From Marsupella aquatica (lineage: Eukaryota > Plantae > Marchantiophyta): a DNA stretch of 64,000 nt. This document shows positions 13,257 to 27,064 of the stretch, piece by piece (position 1 is the first letter of the stretch; each line of letters begins with the position of its first letter). The stretch spans positions 26,497,233 through 26,561,232 of the forward strand of contig OZ316892.1 in NCBI GenBank assembly GCA_973895155.1. The letters run 5' to 3'. The notes below the pieces were generated by a model that worked only from the letters and a program-made list of their open reading frames with translations, ran no database searches and was not told the DNA's origin. The translations under genes and the position numbers were made by a program.

Positions 13257-13950
13257 GAGAGTGCACTTAGAGAGAGTTAATTGTACAGAAGTATGTCGCC
13301 TGCACGTATCTATCAGGCAGCTCAGGGTCCCGCATATTCTGTAGTGGACACGAGAGATTGACTGTCTAAGTAATTAACTTTACAGTCGGTATACATTCGT
13401 GATTGCTTTATCACTGCATCTCATTTCAATGTCCAAGACTTCAACGAATTGGTAGCGCGAACCCAAGTCTTTTTTCCCGTCTTTTTCCTGCTTTTAGAGA
13501 CTTTTTAATTACACGTTTGATCAGAATAAGGATCCTTATTCTGATCAAACAGACCTCCTCGATATTGAATGTTTCCAACACCTTCACGTACTAGATTCCC
13601 ACAGATTGAAGTGAGCTCTCTGAAGTTGAAATACTTCCGAGTAAAAGAGCTGCAAAGTGAAGCCGAGAGTGAACTGATGGAAGCCAGGCCTGCCTCAGGA
13701 GGGGCTGCATGCATCTTGCATGTAAGCCGATATGTTGAGGATGCTTCAATGCAAGACGGCCCAAGCATATGTGGAGAGTTTTACGGGCACAACTCTAATA
13801 TTATATTAATTCTTCGCGAGCCCGCAATGTCAAAGAAGACGCTGCACTCATGCACTCAGGGTAACAAATTGACTGTCTGATAACGATTTCGTCGAAGCTT
13901 TGAAAAAGATAAGTCAGCTTGTTGTCATCCAGCAAGTTCTATATCCAGAA

Positions 13951-14230
13951 TATAAACTTTCTAGGAATGCTTATTGATGCTGAATGCATGAGACACGCAG
14001 CGGGGGAGCCCAGCTAAATAAAGGAGCGGAAAGGAAACGTAGGCCAGGAGCGGAAAGGAAACGTAAGCCAGCAAGAAGAAATCATCCGTAGAGCAAGGAG
14101 TGGAGCACGCATATGTCACAGAGGAATGTTAACGCTCCCGGAGATCCCGGAGAGTGGATCTAAAACTACGATAGAGTACAGTCACTAATGTAGCGAACTT
14201 GGTAGCGTCAAAATAGATGGATTTCCAACA
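13951..14230. mobile_element. Possible degenerate solo LTR (280 bp)
   Basis: Insertion relative to units A and C (empty site ccagaacgttg); ends CCAACA; flanks cagaa/cacaa; 5' end is TA rather than TG. Confidence 0.4.
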
Positions 14231-15959
14231 CACAACGTTGGCTCTTCGAGTTTAGCTCTAGCTATATTGGTGACTAGCTATATTGGTTGTCACCATCCGA
14301 TTGACCCCTTTGAATTGAGCGCGAAGCGTCTTCCAGGCAGATTTTTGCTGCAGATTCGCATCAAGCAATTTGTGCTACCCGCAATCCAGTGAGCCAGTGG
14401 AGAGAGACTGATGATCATGAGCGACTGCAAGTTGAGAAAAATGATGATCTCGAAGTGCGGTACAGAACTTTCAGGCAAGTCCGTCAGGAACCTTCCTGAA
14501 AAGCTACCGCGTCGACGCCATAGCAAACGCCCTTGCAAAGACACCTAAAATTGATAATCGCTACTAATTAATACGCCAAGCGGTTGCACGTCAAAACGTC
14601 AAAAAGCTACAGCATTGGTGGACCTGAACCGAATTGATGTTTTCTATCCCTGAATGGTATTCTTTCTACTTATCCTATTGTCGATTTTTTATTTGCAACT
14701 CTATCAATAATAGTGGCATGTCACTCGAGCCCGCTTTTAGTAAAGGGAAAGGGCGAGGAAATAAAGAAAAGCAACGCTTTGCTCATCGATCTGATCGAAC
14801 AACAGCGTCAGCTTCGAATGACAATGCAATTCCCGAATCTGAAGGGGAAGGCAAGGCCAAGGATTGATGGCGATTGACCCCAATGCCATACAGGCAAGGC
14901 CAAGGATTGATGGCGATTGCCCCCAATGTCATACACGACACTATGATAAGTCTATGGAGAGCTGTGATATGAGAATCGCCAACATATTTATGTCAGCAAG
15001 ATCCAAGCTAGGTCGTTAATTTGCAGTGCGGACCGAGGGGGCACGCGAAGATCCACTTGGTGCATGCTTCTAGCTACTATTTGTACGGATACATAGCTTG
15101 AATCTGGAGCCTGTACGGGAAAGTTCAGGCCTGTACGGGAGGCCTGAACTTTCCTCTGGCAACCAGTCAACGCGCCGAGGAAGACGGATAAGTGAATGGA
15201 AAAGGGATCAGATCAAGGGCAAGTCCTCGTCGTTTCGTTTCTTTTTTGCCTCGAAAAAACAGATTGCTTTTCATTCCAAAAGCCAGCGGACAACAGGGGT
15301 CTCGGAAGAAACTTCGAGTGTCGATTTTCCCCTAAATTTTCGAACCTGCCAGGCCTCCCTAAAAGAGCGCGACAATGCTGCCAAGTAGTCGATTGAAGCA
15401 GACGCTTTAGTATGTGCAGCTGCTAGAAAGCTGACAGAAACAGAGAAACACCGAAAGGCTACACAGCTACAGCAATCCACCAAGACTATTCACTTAATCC
15501 AAATAACCACCATCTTGGAATCGTCCTGGGAACGACGTGCTATGAGATGATGAGCACTTCAGCATTTCCTGCACAGAATTAATGATTCGTGAACGTGCAT
15601 CGAAATGGAAGTCAACGGGCAAATCAGTCCTTCGATCACCATCGTATTCTGGACAGAACGCACCGCTGGTCTGATGGTCAGACTCCCGGGCGCCAAGGTT
15701 ATATATCATCGATCGTGTGTGCTTACTCATGAAATATAGTTCATACACTCCAATTGCTTCAGAGTCCCGACCCCTTAATTAGTTCTGCTGGTTCACTCTG
15801 GAGTCCTCTTATATTGTTTGTACTTTTCCCAGCGAGTATTGTGGAATCACTCTTGATTTGCGCAGGCACTCTTCTCGTTAAGAGCAGTGAGGATAGAGAG
15901 GATTCAATTTTGAGCGTTTCTGCAGCGTTTCCTCGATCTACCTCGACCCGATCCCAGCC

Positions 15960-17050
15960 ATGGCCGCAGCCGGTCTAATTTCGCCGATGCTCACCACCAT
16001 TTCACTCACGCTAGCTGTCATCGTCCTATCCGTTGTCAGTTCAGGTGTAGCACAAGGCAACTCTGATGCCCTTCCCTTTCCGGTGCGCACTGTCTATCAA
16101 TTTCCGGTCGGTGCATACGTCGAGAACCTAGCTGTTCGCTCGAATGGTCAGATCCTGGTCACGATTATCACCTCTCGCAATCTTTTTCTCTTGAACTCCA
16201 AGCAGATCGGGAACCGACACTCGTACACAGCTTCGACGGGTACGAAAGCTTGTCGGGCATAGCCGAGTACAGGCCGGACATTTTCGCCATCGGCACAGGA
16301 AACTTCAGTGTCGCAGCTCTCAACGTCGTCCCAAGCACATGGGCCGTGTGGAGAGTCGACATGCGCAACGTCCATCAGCAGGCAGACGGAACACTAAGCC
16401 CCGCTCCGTTAGTCTCCAAGATCACCGACGTCCCAAACGTTTTCTTGAACGGGATGTCCCTGCTGTCCGAAGAGCAGGGCACCATCCTCCTCGGTGACTT
16501 TGCTGGTGGCCAAATTTTTCGGCTCAATGTGGATACTGGAAATCTACAGCTAGTGATCGCCAATACCTTCACGGCTTCGGCTTCTTCAGAAATTCCACGA
16601 CTTCCACCCGTCGGTGTCGACGGCATCCGTGTGCGAGGTGACTCTGTCTACTTTGCCAACGTCGGCAAGAAAATCTTCGTTAGGCAGCCGATCAATGAGG
16701 ACGGCACACCAAATGGAAACGGAGTCATCCTGGCCAACGCTACATGGCAATTCGACGACTTCAATTTCGACACTCATGGGAATGCGTATCTGGTCACTGC
16801 AGGAAAGGGCAACTCAATACTGAGGGTCTCGCCCGACGGAAGTCGTCAACAAATCGTTGCCGGAAATGAAAACTCGACCCTGATTGCCGAGCCAACTTCT
16901 GCTGCATTTGGGAGGGGGCCATGTGACCAGAACACTCTGTACGTGACTACTGCAGGAGGATTGCTCGCACCCATTAATGGATCCATCACCGTTGGCGGTC
17001 AGGTTCTGGCGATTAGTACCAACGCGAAAGGACCACCGACATTGTTCTAG
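15960..17050 (+). pseudogene. Beta-propeller paralog with 1-bp frameshift near 16212
   Basis: ORFs 15960-16262 and 16250-17050 together align to 8383-9483; gggaaccg here versus gggcaaccg in the intact copy. Confidence 0.8.
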
Positions 17051-17916
17051 ATATTCTAAGAGGTCGTTTGCCTCATCGACTTCCTTCTCGTAAAGTTCCA
17101 ACAGTCTGAAATTAAATAGAGTACAAGAGATGATCATATATATATAGACACTATTGATCGACCAAATCACACTCTATTAGTTGAGAAGTCGCAAGAGATT
17201 AGAAGCATAGTTCTAGCTAGATGTATGTAGGAGGTTTCGTTGACCATCAAATTTGACCTTTGGAAATTGACAGGGATGAGAATAGTTTCGTTTTAATTTG
17301 GTTGGCCCATTTGCGGCATTCTTACGTACTCAGGATTTGGGTTTTGGACTGGTACGAAGGGTCGAACAGAGTCTAAGGTTTCTAGAGGAAATTCACCACT
17401 GTCCTCGGACTTCGTTTAGTATGACTCCAGTCACTGGACCTAGGGAGTCATCTGAAATATTCGGAGATCTTCAGAAGTACAGACTAGAATGTGGTTGAGT
17501 TAATTACCAGATACACACAACTCAGTCAAAAGTAAGTCGCCACTTCTTGCTACATGGCCCCAAGTATTGCAGAAAATTTTGAAGCTCACCCGATGACAAA
17601 CAATTTTCAATTGCTGGATCGAGGATTTCCAATCAAAGCTAACTCTTTCAGGAGATTGGATGAGCTAGACTACAACTCCATTCTGTTATATTACCGATTG
17701 AATTCGAGAATAAAGGAAAAGAAACAGAAGAATTCGAAATGCACACTGAAAAGTATTTGCATGGCAACAATCTGTCAAAATCATGAGAGAGGTCCAGGAT
17801 GGCTTGTGTATACCAAATGATGTGAAGTTCAAATCTTTGGGCCGAGTTTCATGCTATTACCGTCATACCTGTCCAAGTTCTGCAGCATAGATATAGATAG
17901 ACTGCCAGTCAAATTT

Positions 17917-18392
17917 TGTGATCCTTCTCAATAGAGCGAACATAACAATTTTACACACATCAATTGACTGAGACTACACATTGAGAATAGATGGTGTACA
18001 GATTGTCCTCTTTATTTTCCCCATATTCTCCGTGAAGAGAATCGAACAGAAAGCTTAAGAAATGAACTCAGATCAATACCGCAGAGGGAGGGAGAGATGA
18101 ACCTTAATACCTCACATCCCCGCGGATAAACGAGACAATTCAAATACAGAGAATTGAACGTGAACTCCTTACAACGGAAAGCAGAGAACTCTTAAAACAC
18201 TGACACGTGGTGAGTTCAACGACTTACACCCGCGGCAGTTTACATGAGTAAAGTAAAACCGGAAACTCTTAAGAAATGACACGAGGAGTGCAGACAATCA
18301 CCTGCAACATTTTACATGAGAAATAAGTAACCGAAGAAACTCTAACGACAGATAGCAGTCGATCAGAAGAGAAGACAGATCATCCTGTCACA
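17917..18392 (-). repeat. Copia 3' LTR
   Basis: Direct repeat of 22779-23254 with about 7 substitutions counted by eye. Confidence 0.95.
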
Positions 18393-18426
18393 GACCCCCC
18401 CCCCCGATCGCTGCTAGCAAACATGA

Positions 18427-21400
18427 TCAATCTTTTTTAGGAAATACAATGAGTCCAAGAAGTTGAATGAAGTAACTAAATTTGACCCCAGCAAGTGGCT
18501 TAGTCAATCCATCAGCGGGCATATGATCAGTGGACAAGTATTTCAAAAGAACAGTGCCTTTCTTGACTTGCTCACGAACATAGTGCCAGTGGATTTCAAT
18601 GTGCTTAGTCTTCTGATGATGTTCGGGGTTGACAGTCAGCGCCAGAGCAGGCTTATTATCCCCATAGATGACCACAGTAGAAACATCTGAAGAATTCACT
18701 GAGAGCTGTTGAAGCAGCGCACAAAGCCAAACCGCCTCCTTCGTAGCAACCGAATACCTAATGTACTCAGCTTCCGTAGAGCTAGTGGCAATGTGAGGCT
18801 GCTTCCGGGACTTCCAACTAATAGCACCTCCTGCTAGTTTGAAAACGTAACCTGATGTTGATTGTCGATCAACCGAGTTGTCTGCAAATGAAGCATCACA
18901 GTATCCTTGAAAATTGAGCAAATGAATCTCAAGACCTGGCTGAGCATCATGATAATACTGAAGCCCAAGTGTGAGAGTCCCTTTAAGGTATGCCAATACA
19001 TGCCGAATACTACTTTGATGTTTAGATGCAGGGTTATGCGCAAATTGCCCAAGACGAGAACACCGCTCAGCCAAGTCCGGTCGTGTCCAGACTGCAAGAT
19101 ACATTAATGATCCCACCATGGATTGCTAGAGCTGACGCTGATCAGTCGTAGCCTCCATCATGCTAGGTAACAAAGTGTCACTCCCTGTAGATGGTGCAGA
19201 GGCAGCAAGCGCATCGGCCATATGGAATCGCAAGAGAACTTTCTGAGCATATTTGGGTTGCGCAACATAGAGATACCCCTTTTCACAATCTCGGTAGATA
19301 GAAAGGCCTAAATATTCCTGTAAATCTCCAAGTTCACGTATCTCATACTTGGAAATAAGGATTGTCCGCATGTTCTCAACACCAGTGAGAGTCGGGGATA
19401 TGGTGATGATATCATCAACCCATAAGACAATGAGATCCCCACACTGATGTCTAAAAACACACGGATCAGAAAGCAAAGGCAGAAAATTATTACGAGCAAG
19501 ATGGTCTGTGATTTCTTGATACCACAATCGAGGCGATTGACAAAGACCGTAGAGCGCTTTGAGAAGGAGCCAGACAAGTAATCTTCCAGTAGCATCATAT
19601 GTCTCATAGCCAGGTGGTGGGCGAATATAAATCGGAGTATGCCCAGCAAGTAAAGCATACAAAAAAGCTGTAATGACATCAAAACTTTAGCCTCATAATT
19701 GTTTTGAGCAATCATGGCCATAAGCAGAAGGTTTCTGGACATACAACAAACGCAAATGTATCCTCATAGTCTTCTCCAAGTCTCTGCTTATCACCGCAAG
19801 CCACAAACCTAGCTTTGAACAAACCATTGGGCTTACGTGTATAGAGCCATTTTGAGGGCAGCATTCGGGCACCAGGTGGTAAAGTAACAAGACGAGCCAC
19901 CTGATGTTTCTTCAATTGATCAAGCTCGCGTTGCTCTGCTTCTTTCCATTGATCAGCATCTGGTCCAGCCATTGCAGCCTTATGCATCATCGACGTTTCA
20001 TCAGATGACGAAGAATAAAGCCCCATGGAATAAGAATACAGAAGCGAAGATGGAACATGCGCCAGAAGACCTGTAGCTGAATAACGAAGAGGAGGAATAC
20101 CGCGAGTTGATCGATTAGATTTCCGAGTACCAATTGGGACTTCAACAGGAGAAGTAGAGCAGCAGCAATAGCCGCCGTAGCATCGTCTTGAAATTCATCA
20201 GATACAGCTCCAAGCGGTGGAAACATGACAGGATATTGCACGGCCTCCTCTGAGAGATCTGGGGAGACTATCGTTGATGACGCTGGAGTCATGGTGGGAG
20301 ACTCATATGGTACAAGTGTCGGCCTCTCATGTGGTACTGACACATAAACTGTAGTCGGATCACTGTCAAGCAGTAGGGTAGAATCATTTGTGACATCTTG
20401 AATTGGACATATAGAGCGTGAAGTTTCATCAACCGTGACATATGCAGAAATGGCAATTTGATCAGAGTCAGGGTACCAGATGCGGTAATTCAAACCATCT
20501 ACATAGCCTACAAGAAAACCACGTTGAGCACGAGGCTTGAATTTGTCACCGTGGAGGCACTTCTCAGGTGGCGTATGAACATAGGCAATAGCACCAAATG
20601 TTCGTAGATGAGAAATGTTTGATGTATAATCACGCTTCATTGCAGCATGCAGCCAAGCAATGGGTGACATGTCATCAGGATTGACGCTTGTAGGCGTTCG
20701 ATTTGTGATGTAGACTGCAGCAGTAACAGCTTCCGGCCATATTCGAGAAGGTAAGTGTGAATCAAGGAGCATTGCTAGCGCCTTCTGAGTAACAACACCG
20801 TTCGCCCGTTCAGCAATCCCATTTTGAGTGTGGTGATATGGAGCAGAATGTACAACACGCACACCCTCTCCTAACAGAAACTCCTTGAACGCATTACTGC
20901 CAAACTCGGTTCCATTGTCACTATGGAACTCCAAAATTGGAGCCGAATACTGATTGTGAACCGCAGCAAAGAATTGTTTCACAAGTGGAAACACTTGAAC
21001 CTTATTTTGCAGACAAAACACCCATTGATACCGTGAATAATCGTTGGTAATCAACAAGAAATACTTGTAATTACCCAGGCCGATTGTAGAAATAGGGCCG
21101 ACAACATCAAAATGTACTTTATGAAATGGTCGGGATGCACGGGTGTGTGATGCATGGCAGATAGTCCGAGAGGACTTGGCTAAAGCACAGGCATTGCAAG
21201 GCTGAAAAGGCGTAGAATCATCAAGATTGATATGCTCTTGACGGAGGAAACTTTTAAGGCCATCAACATGGAGATGTGCAAGTCTACGATGTAAAGTATT
21301 GAGGCTAATAGATTGAGTGACAAAACAACTAGCCAAAATGTCAGGAGGAGACGAAGTGTGCAAAACGTCGGGAGGAGACAAAGTGTGCACAGAGAAAACC

Positions 21401-22687
21401 TTCAGACCGTCAATTTTCTTCGCCGAAGCAAATTCTTGTCCTGTAGGACGTGCAACAAATCGTGACTCCCATCCGTGCCAGTAGACGCCCTTTTGCTCTA
21501 AAAGATGCTCGGAAATAGTATTGAGAACACTGGTCGGCATGTAACGAACAGCATGTAATTGGATTGGTCGATAAGATTGATCACTCAACTGTAGTCGTAA
21601 ATGAACTTGACCATATCCCGGTGAAATGGTGAGACCCCCTCCAGTATTGATGGAAAGTGGATCTGAAATATACTCTTGAAAAAGTAATTTGTCATTGCAG
21701 AAATGATGGTTTGCTCCCGAGTCAGCAATCCATGTCGAAGTATCGCTTATCGGACCTGCCTCACGATGCGATTGAAGAGAAAACTGAACAAAATCGAACA
21801 GATTTAAAAATGGAGGAGATGATGACTCCGCTACAGATTTAGAAATCTGAACATGATTGTTACCCTTCAACTTCTGCTGAATCCTCTGCTCAGTAATAGT
21901 ATTTGGCTGCCAACCAGGCCTGCAAAGATGAACATGCTTATAATAACACATTTCCTCCTTGTGACGTGGTAACCTACAATATTGACACAGTTCCTTTGAA
22001 CTCGTGGGGAGAACGGAATGAGGAGCAGTGGCAATTTTGAACAGTAGCAACTTGAAGAGTAGCACGGGTTTGACGTTCTTGGCGCGCCTTGAATTCATCT
22101 TTTGCTTCCAGGATCAACAAATCCAGCGTAGGGAGATCAAGAGGATTCCGCCTCATGTGCTCACGCATATTCGTAGCCCAATGATCGAAATGTGGATTAA
22201 GAATATGCAAAAATTGCATTACCTGAACAACTGGATCAATAGTCATACCAGCAGAGATGCATCAATCGATTGTATCCCGATATTGTTCGCCAAATACCTC
22301 CATCTCTTCACCATTGTATTGGTAATTGACAAATTGAACCCAAAGATCATGCGTCTGCAGAAGTCCCTGCGGTTCGTACTGCTTCTTCAATTTATCCCAA
22401 CAAGCCTTCGCTGTAGGAACCTTGGCAAGTGTAGTCTGAATGTGCGGCTTACATGTGGACAGAATAATCATCCGAGCATGAGCTGCCTTCTCGTGGTATG
22501 TTTCAAGCCGAGCCTGAAACAGATACGCCTTCTCATCAGCTTCCTGAACTGGTGGAACTGCTGTCCCATCCACGAATTTCCACCTGCCAGTTGATGCAAG
22601 ACTTGCAGAGACAAGAACTTGCCATGCATCGTAGTTAGCATTGCCATCCAACTTGGGAATAGCATGACTCGAATCACGTAGAGACAT
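18427..22687 (-). pseudogene. Copia gag-pol polyprotein, disrupted
   Basis: Gag (KLDGNANYDAW), zinc knuckle CQYCRLPRHKEEMC, protease WIADSGA, GAG-pre-integrase HRRLAH, integrase SDNGTEF/QNGIAER, RT LWVDD, RNase H YCDASFA/KTKHI. Several frameshifts and stops. Confidence 0.93.
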
Positions 22688-22767
22688 CCCTAGACAACTC
22701 TTTCAAACAAAAATGTGAACTAGAATGTAAAGATGTGTGAGCTTTAGAACAAGCAAACTTGTTTAAA

Positions 22768-22778
22768 GGCCCATAACC
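22768..22778 (-). promoter_or_regulatory. Primer binding site GGTTATGGGCC (half-tRNA-iMet type)
   Basis: Directly abuts the 5' LTR on the minus strand; same type as Drosophila copia/Ty5 PBS. Confidence 0.8.
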
Positions 22779-23254
22779 TGCGATCGTTCTCAATAGAGCG
22801 AACATAACAATTTTACACACATCAATTGACTGAGACTACACATCGAGAATAGATGGTGTACAGATTGTCCTCTTTATTTTCCCCGTATTCTCCGTGAAGA
22901 GAATCGAACAGAAAGCTTAAGAAATGAACTCAGATCAATACCGCAGAGGGAGGGAGAGATGAACCTTAATACCTCACATCCCCGCGGATAAACGAGACAA
23001 TTCAAATACAGAGAATTGAACATGAACTCCTTACAACGGAAAGCAGAGAACTCTTAAAACACTGACACGTGGTGAGTTCAACGACTTACACCCGCGGCAG
23101 TTTACATGAGTAAAGTAAAACCGGAAACTCTTAAGAAATGACACGAGGAGTGCAGACAATCACCTGCGGCATTTTACATGAGAAATAAGTAACCGAAGAA
23201 ACTCTAACGACAGATAGCAGTCGATCAGAAGAGAAGACAGATCATCCTGTCACA
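22779..23254 (-). repeat. Copia 5' LTR
   Basis: Direct repeat of 17917-18392, followed by TSD AATTT. Confidence 0.95.
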
Positions 23255-24845
23255 AATTTCAAGTTGAAACGGAGAGTTGGCACTGACAGAGTGCAATTGG
23301 TGAGGAATGGCTACAGTAACTATGTTTTAAATACTCAAGGTCTGATTGCTGCCTTGTTTCTGCAACAGTTTTCTAGTAGACCTTTTCAGTTCTGTTGTTT
23401 TATTCTTTCTTCGTTACAGCGATTGTTGCAGTCGTGCTCAGAGAACTGTAGAGAGTGTTGAAACTCCTTATGATCACTTTATACCTGGAGTCCATTGTTG
23501 TGTATTGTATACATTTTGAACGGGATTTTGAACAGCTCCCTGCATGCAGCACTTTCGGAGTGTCCGTAATCAATTAGTCAGACTGGGTTTCTACTTAATT
23601 AACGGCAATCCACACCGGTTCTATGTCCAGGATTGTCAAGATTATGAAGTCAGCGCAGGAATCACAAAAAATCAATTACACATACATTCGAAAAAGTTGA
23701 CTCCTAGAGAGAATTGCGGAGCTCCTAGAATTTCAATCTGAGAAAGCTCGATAGGCTTTCACATTGCAAATATGATCATGTGACGGTAGCAGAAGCCAAT
23801 AAATAAGTGACAAGTCACTCAGGCATCAGGATTTTCTGGAGAGTGATGAGTGATTTTAATCGATAGAAAACTTAACAGCGCGTGATACTGTAGATGACCC
23901 CTGTAGGTTTCATATATCATTGAACTAATCAGCTTCCATGCTCACCATATACTGGTGGACTGATTGAACTTACACTACTTGAGGGAGAGAGACCCCCATC
24001 CCATTTCAGTGCTATGAATTGCAGTTGTGAAACGAAATGTCAACGAAGGGAGGGTGCGAAATGCCCGGGGAAATGTCAGCTACCACGGTCTAATGGTGAA
24101 GTATGTCGATAACCTTTTTTCCAGAGTAAGTTCTGGGTCACCTTAGGGAGGCAGCGAAAAGATGACAAGAACTTTGGATTATTTCGATTAAAACAGAATG
24201 CGACACTTCAAACTAACTTGTTGGGCCGTCTGTATATTTGCCGTGTGCCTTGTCATGGTGTGCAGTGTTAAAGGACAAGGGCTTGTAGTTGATGTTCGAC
24301 AGTTCCAGTTGCACCAGAATATGTAGGAAAATGTGCAGAAATTGAAGCAAACTATTGGAATGCAACTCCATATATCTCCGGAAGCGCTTCCCCAGTCACC
24401 TCTTCTAGACCCTGCAGCTGAGCTTGTACTGCTCCAAAAACAAAAACGAAGGGACCACAACATCGAATGCATACATTCACAAATTGAATCAAAATAACTT
24501 AAGAAACAAAGTTATTGAAACTTGCATTGCAATTTAACAGATTGAATGTTGGTATACAAAACTCAGTTCCTATTCATTTGACTGAAACATTGATCTGCCT
24601 AGTACCTAGAAACAATCTGAAGACTACAACTTCTCAATGCAGATCTACTTGGCAACAGAGTTTTTCCGTCCATTCTTCATGTGCCACCTCTCTAATGACA
24701 AAGGTAGTTCCTCCAAATCTAAACGGAAGGGTTCCTCTTATACAAGCTTCCCAGTTCACATAGTAGCAGACAGCCAGTCCCAATGGACAGTGTAAATTTG
24801 CACCGATAACCTACTCGGGCAATTCTTGCAATTGCAGTGCGTTAC

Positions 24846-27064
24846 CTGCACATTATCCAGAATAATCAACACGTCTTTGCCCTTCAAGTAATGAGGCACA
24901 TTGAAATGGTCATAATGTGATCCTTCGCCTTGTCGTTTCAATGAAATTTCAATCTTTCTCAAAACCTCTTCGCTGCTGTTTGAATTTGCTTCAAAATTGT
25001 CCAGATTTATGAAGCATGTGATTGGAAAGGTGTGAGAGATGTCATGGAACACCTGTTGTGCTAACGTGGTCTTTCCGATGCCGCTGAGCCCAACAATGAA
25101 GATGGTGTGTGCATTGGGCTTGGCCAACATACTTATGACTTTTGTTGTGCGACCTTCAAAGTCAACAACATACCCTCGACGACTAACAGCATCGGCCGCA
25201 TCTCCTGATCGAAGGATATACTCTGCACGTATCTACAGTTGCATAATTGCTATGTCAGAAGCAAAGAGGGACTCTTCTGTAGTAAGCCAAGAGGAACGTT
25301 CTTACTAAAAAACCTTGCAATATCTAGACCAAAGCGACTAAACGTGACTCTCATGACTCGATTGGGATTTCCTCGCAAAAGAACTGGACAAAAAATCATA
25401 CGATATTAAATAAGGTTTGCTACGACAGTCTGTCGTCAGGTCTCACACACACATACATTTAACCGCCACAAAGTTTACGTCAATCTCTTGTCCTTTCAAC
25501 TATTTTCCCCTCTCCCATTGCTTACTTAAAAGCACGCTCCAGGAACATAATTTGCATAGTTTACAGGGACCATAGATATGATACCTGGCGGAGGAACTGC
25601 TGAAGAAATGAGAAAGCACTTGATTGTTTCCCCTTTGGCTTACATAAGTCAGAATGATTTGCATCAACAGAATAATAGATATCCATGTTCGCCCTACTCG
25701 ACGCTTCAGGAACTAAATGAAGATACTTTCCGAGGACATCCTACATCACAAAACACTGTCTGTATTAGACATCCTACATGACAAAAGATTGTCTCTAGTA
25801 GACATCACAGTTGGGAAATTTCCATGAAAGCCAACAGCAGCTTTAAGGTAAGAAAGTCCTCATTTACAGGCTACTAGGCCCCCACACAGTTGGAATATTC
25901 AACTAGCAAGGTGGGGGGCGTACTACTAGAAACAATGAATGAGAGAGAATCCATTGAGAATTTTCTGTGAAGGACTACCAAGCTAACTAATAAACATTGG
26001 GGATTCAATCAAGCTAAGGGATCACTGGCCAAGTAAAATAATACACTTTTGTAACAAAAAACATATCAGAGCCAGGAACGTTCGAGTACCAAATGTTTCT
26101 TGTGTTTCATCCATTCCATAGGTGAGCCATTTGCGACGGGACTTCAAGTCCGAAAAGCTTGCATTCTTCCTTGCACCGCTGGCATTGAGGATCTCAATTT
26201 CAGCCAAGAGTGCACCGCTGGCATTGAGGATCTCAATTTCAGCCAAGAGTGCACCATTGAAGCAATCAGGGAGCTTTTCACCCAGAAATGATCCAAGGTG
26301 TGGTGTGCCATAAAAGAACATGCCTCTAAGATTATTGAACCAGTTGTGAATGCGTTGCATTCCGGGAATTTCGTCCCTCTTTTGGCTCAGCGTCATATTG
26401 GCATGTAGGCATAGTTCCTTGAGTAGGAGCCCTCCGAGACAATGGCCCACCAACACTACTGGGCATTGAGCTTCACCAACCCGTGTGGTATCATTGGTAA
26501 GTGCCGACAGTAAATTCTCCCTTGTCAAGAACATATCTAGCCTCCCTTTCTCATTTGTCCTTTTGGCGACGGAATCATAACTGTTAGGATGCGAGCTTTG
26601 GGAAATGTTTCTACAAGCCATGATTGTGGCCAAAACTCAGAGTTGTCATGTGACATCCATGCTGTGATGTGGGCCTCGTTGCAAGCTTTCAGCTGAAGTC
26701 CGTGGAATAACACAATCTCGATTTCTGGCTTCTGCTCATGTGGGGGCCTGTAGACTTCATATACCATATCATGGAGCTGCAAGGTAATCGCATCTGTATT
26801 AGTCAAGTGTACAACACCAGATCGGACACAGATAAAAGATCTACCAAATAGGTGATTCGAACATACATCTACCATTGAACTCTATTGACTTAAGATGTAG
26901 GGTCTTCGGCCCACATTGGTCACAAACAATGAACGATATGGTTTCCCACATACCTGAACGAGCTCGGGTACAACCAGTTGAAAACTCGAACTTGCAGCAG
27001 AGGTAAATACTCCTTGCAACTTGTTCCAAACACCGAGCACCGAGTCCAACGGAGGTTCAGTCAT
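24846..27064 (-). pseudogene. Truncated hydrolase-NB-ARC pseudogene (inverted copy of the 5' half of the 56389 gene)
   Basis: Same exon layout (exon 1 27064-26954, exon 2 from 26776). 4-bp deletion near 26580, 39-bp tandem duplication near 26173-26250. P-loop GLSGIGKTT; homology ends right after Walker B (IILDNVQ). Confidence 0.88.

Larger units (their letters stand above)
17917..23254 (-). mobile_element. Full-length Ty1/Copia LTR retrotransposon
   Basis: 476-bp TG..CA LTRs at 17917-18392 and 22779-23254; TSD AATTT (17912-17916, 23255-23259); gag-PR-IN-RT-RH order; G11 polypurine tract at 18395-18405. Confidence 0.97.
13790..24140 (+). repeat. Segmental duplication unit B, interrupted by the Copia element
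   Basis: Homology to unit A upstream and downstream of the propeller gene; it resumes at 23255 where the Copia ends. Confidence 0.8.
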
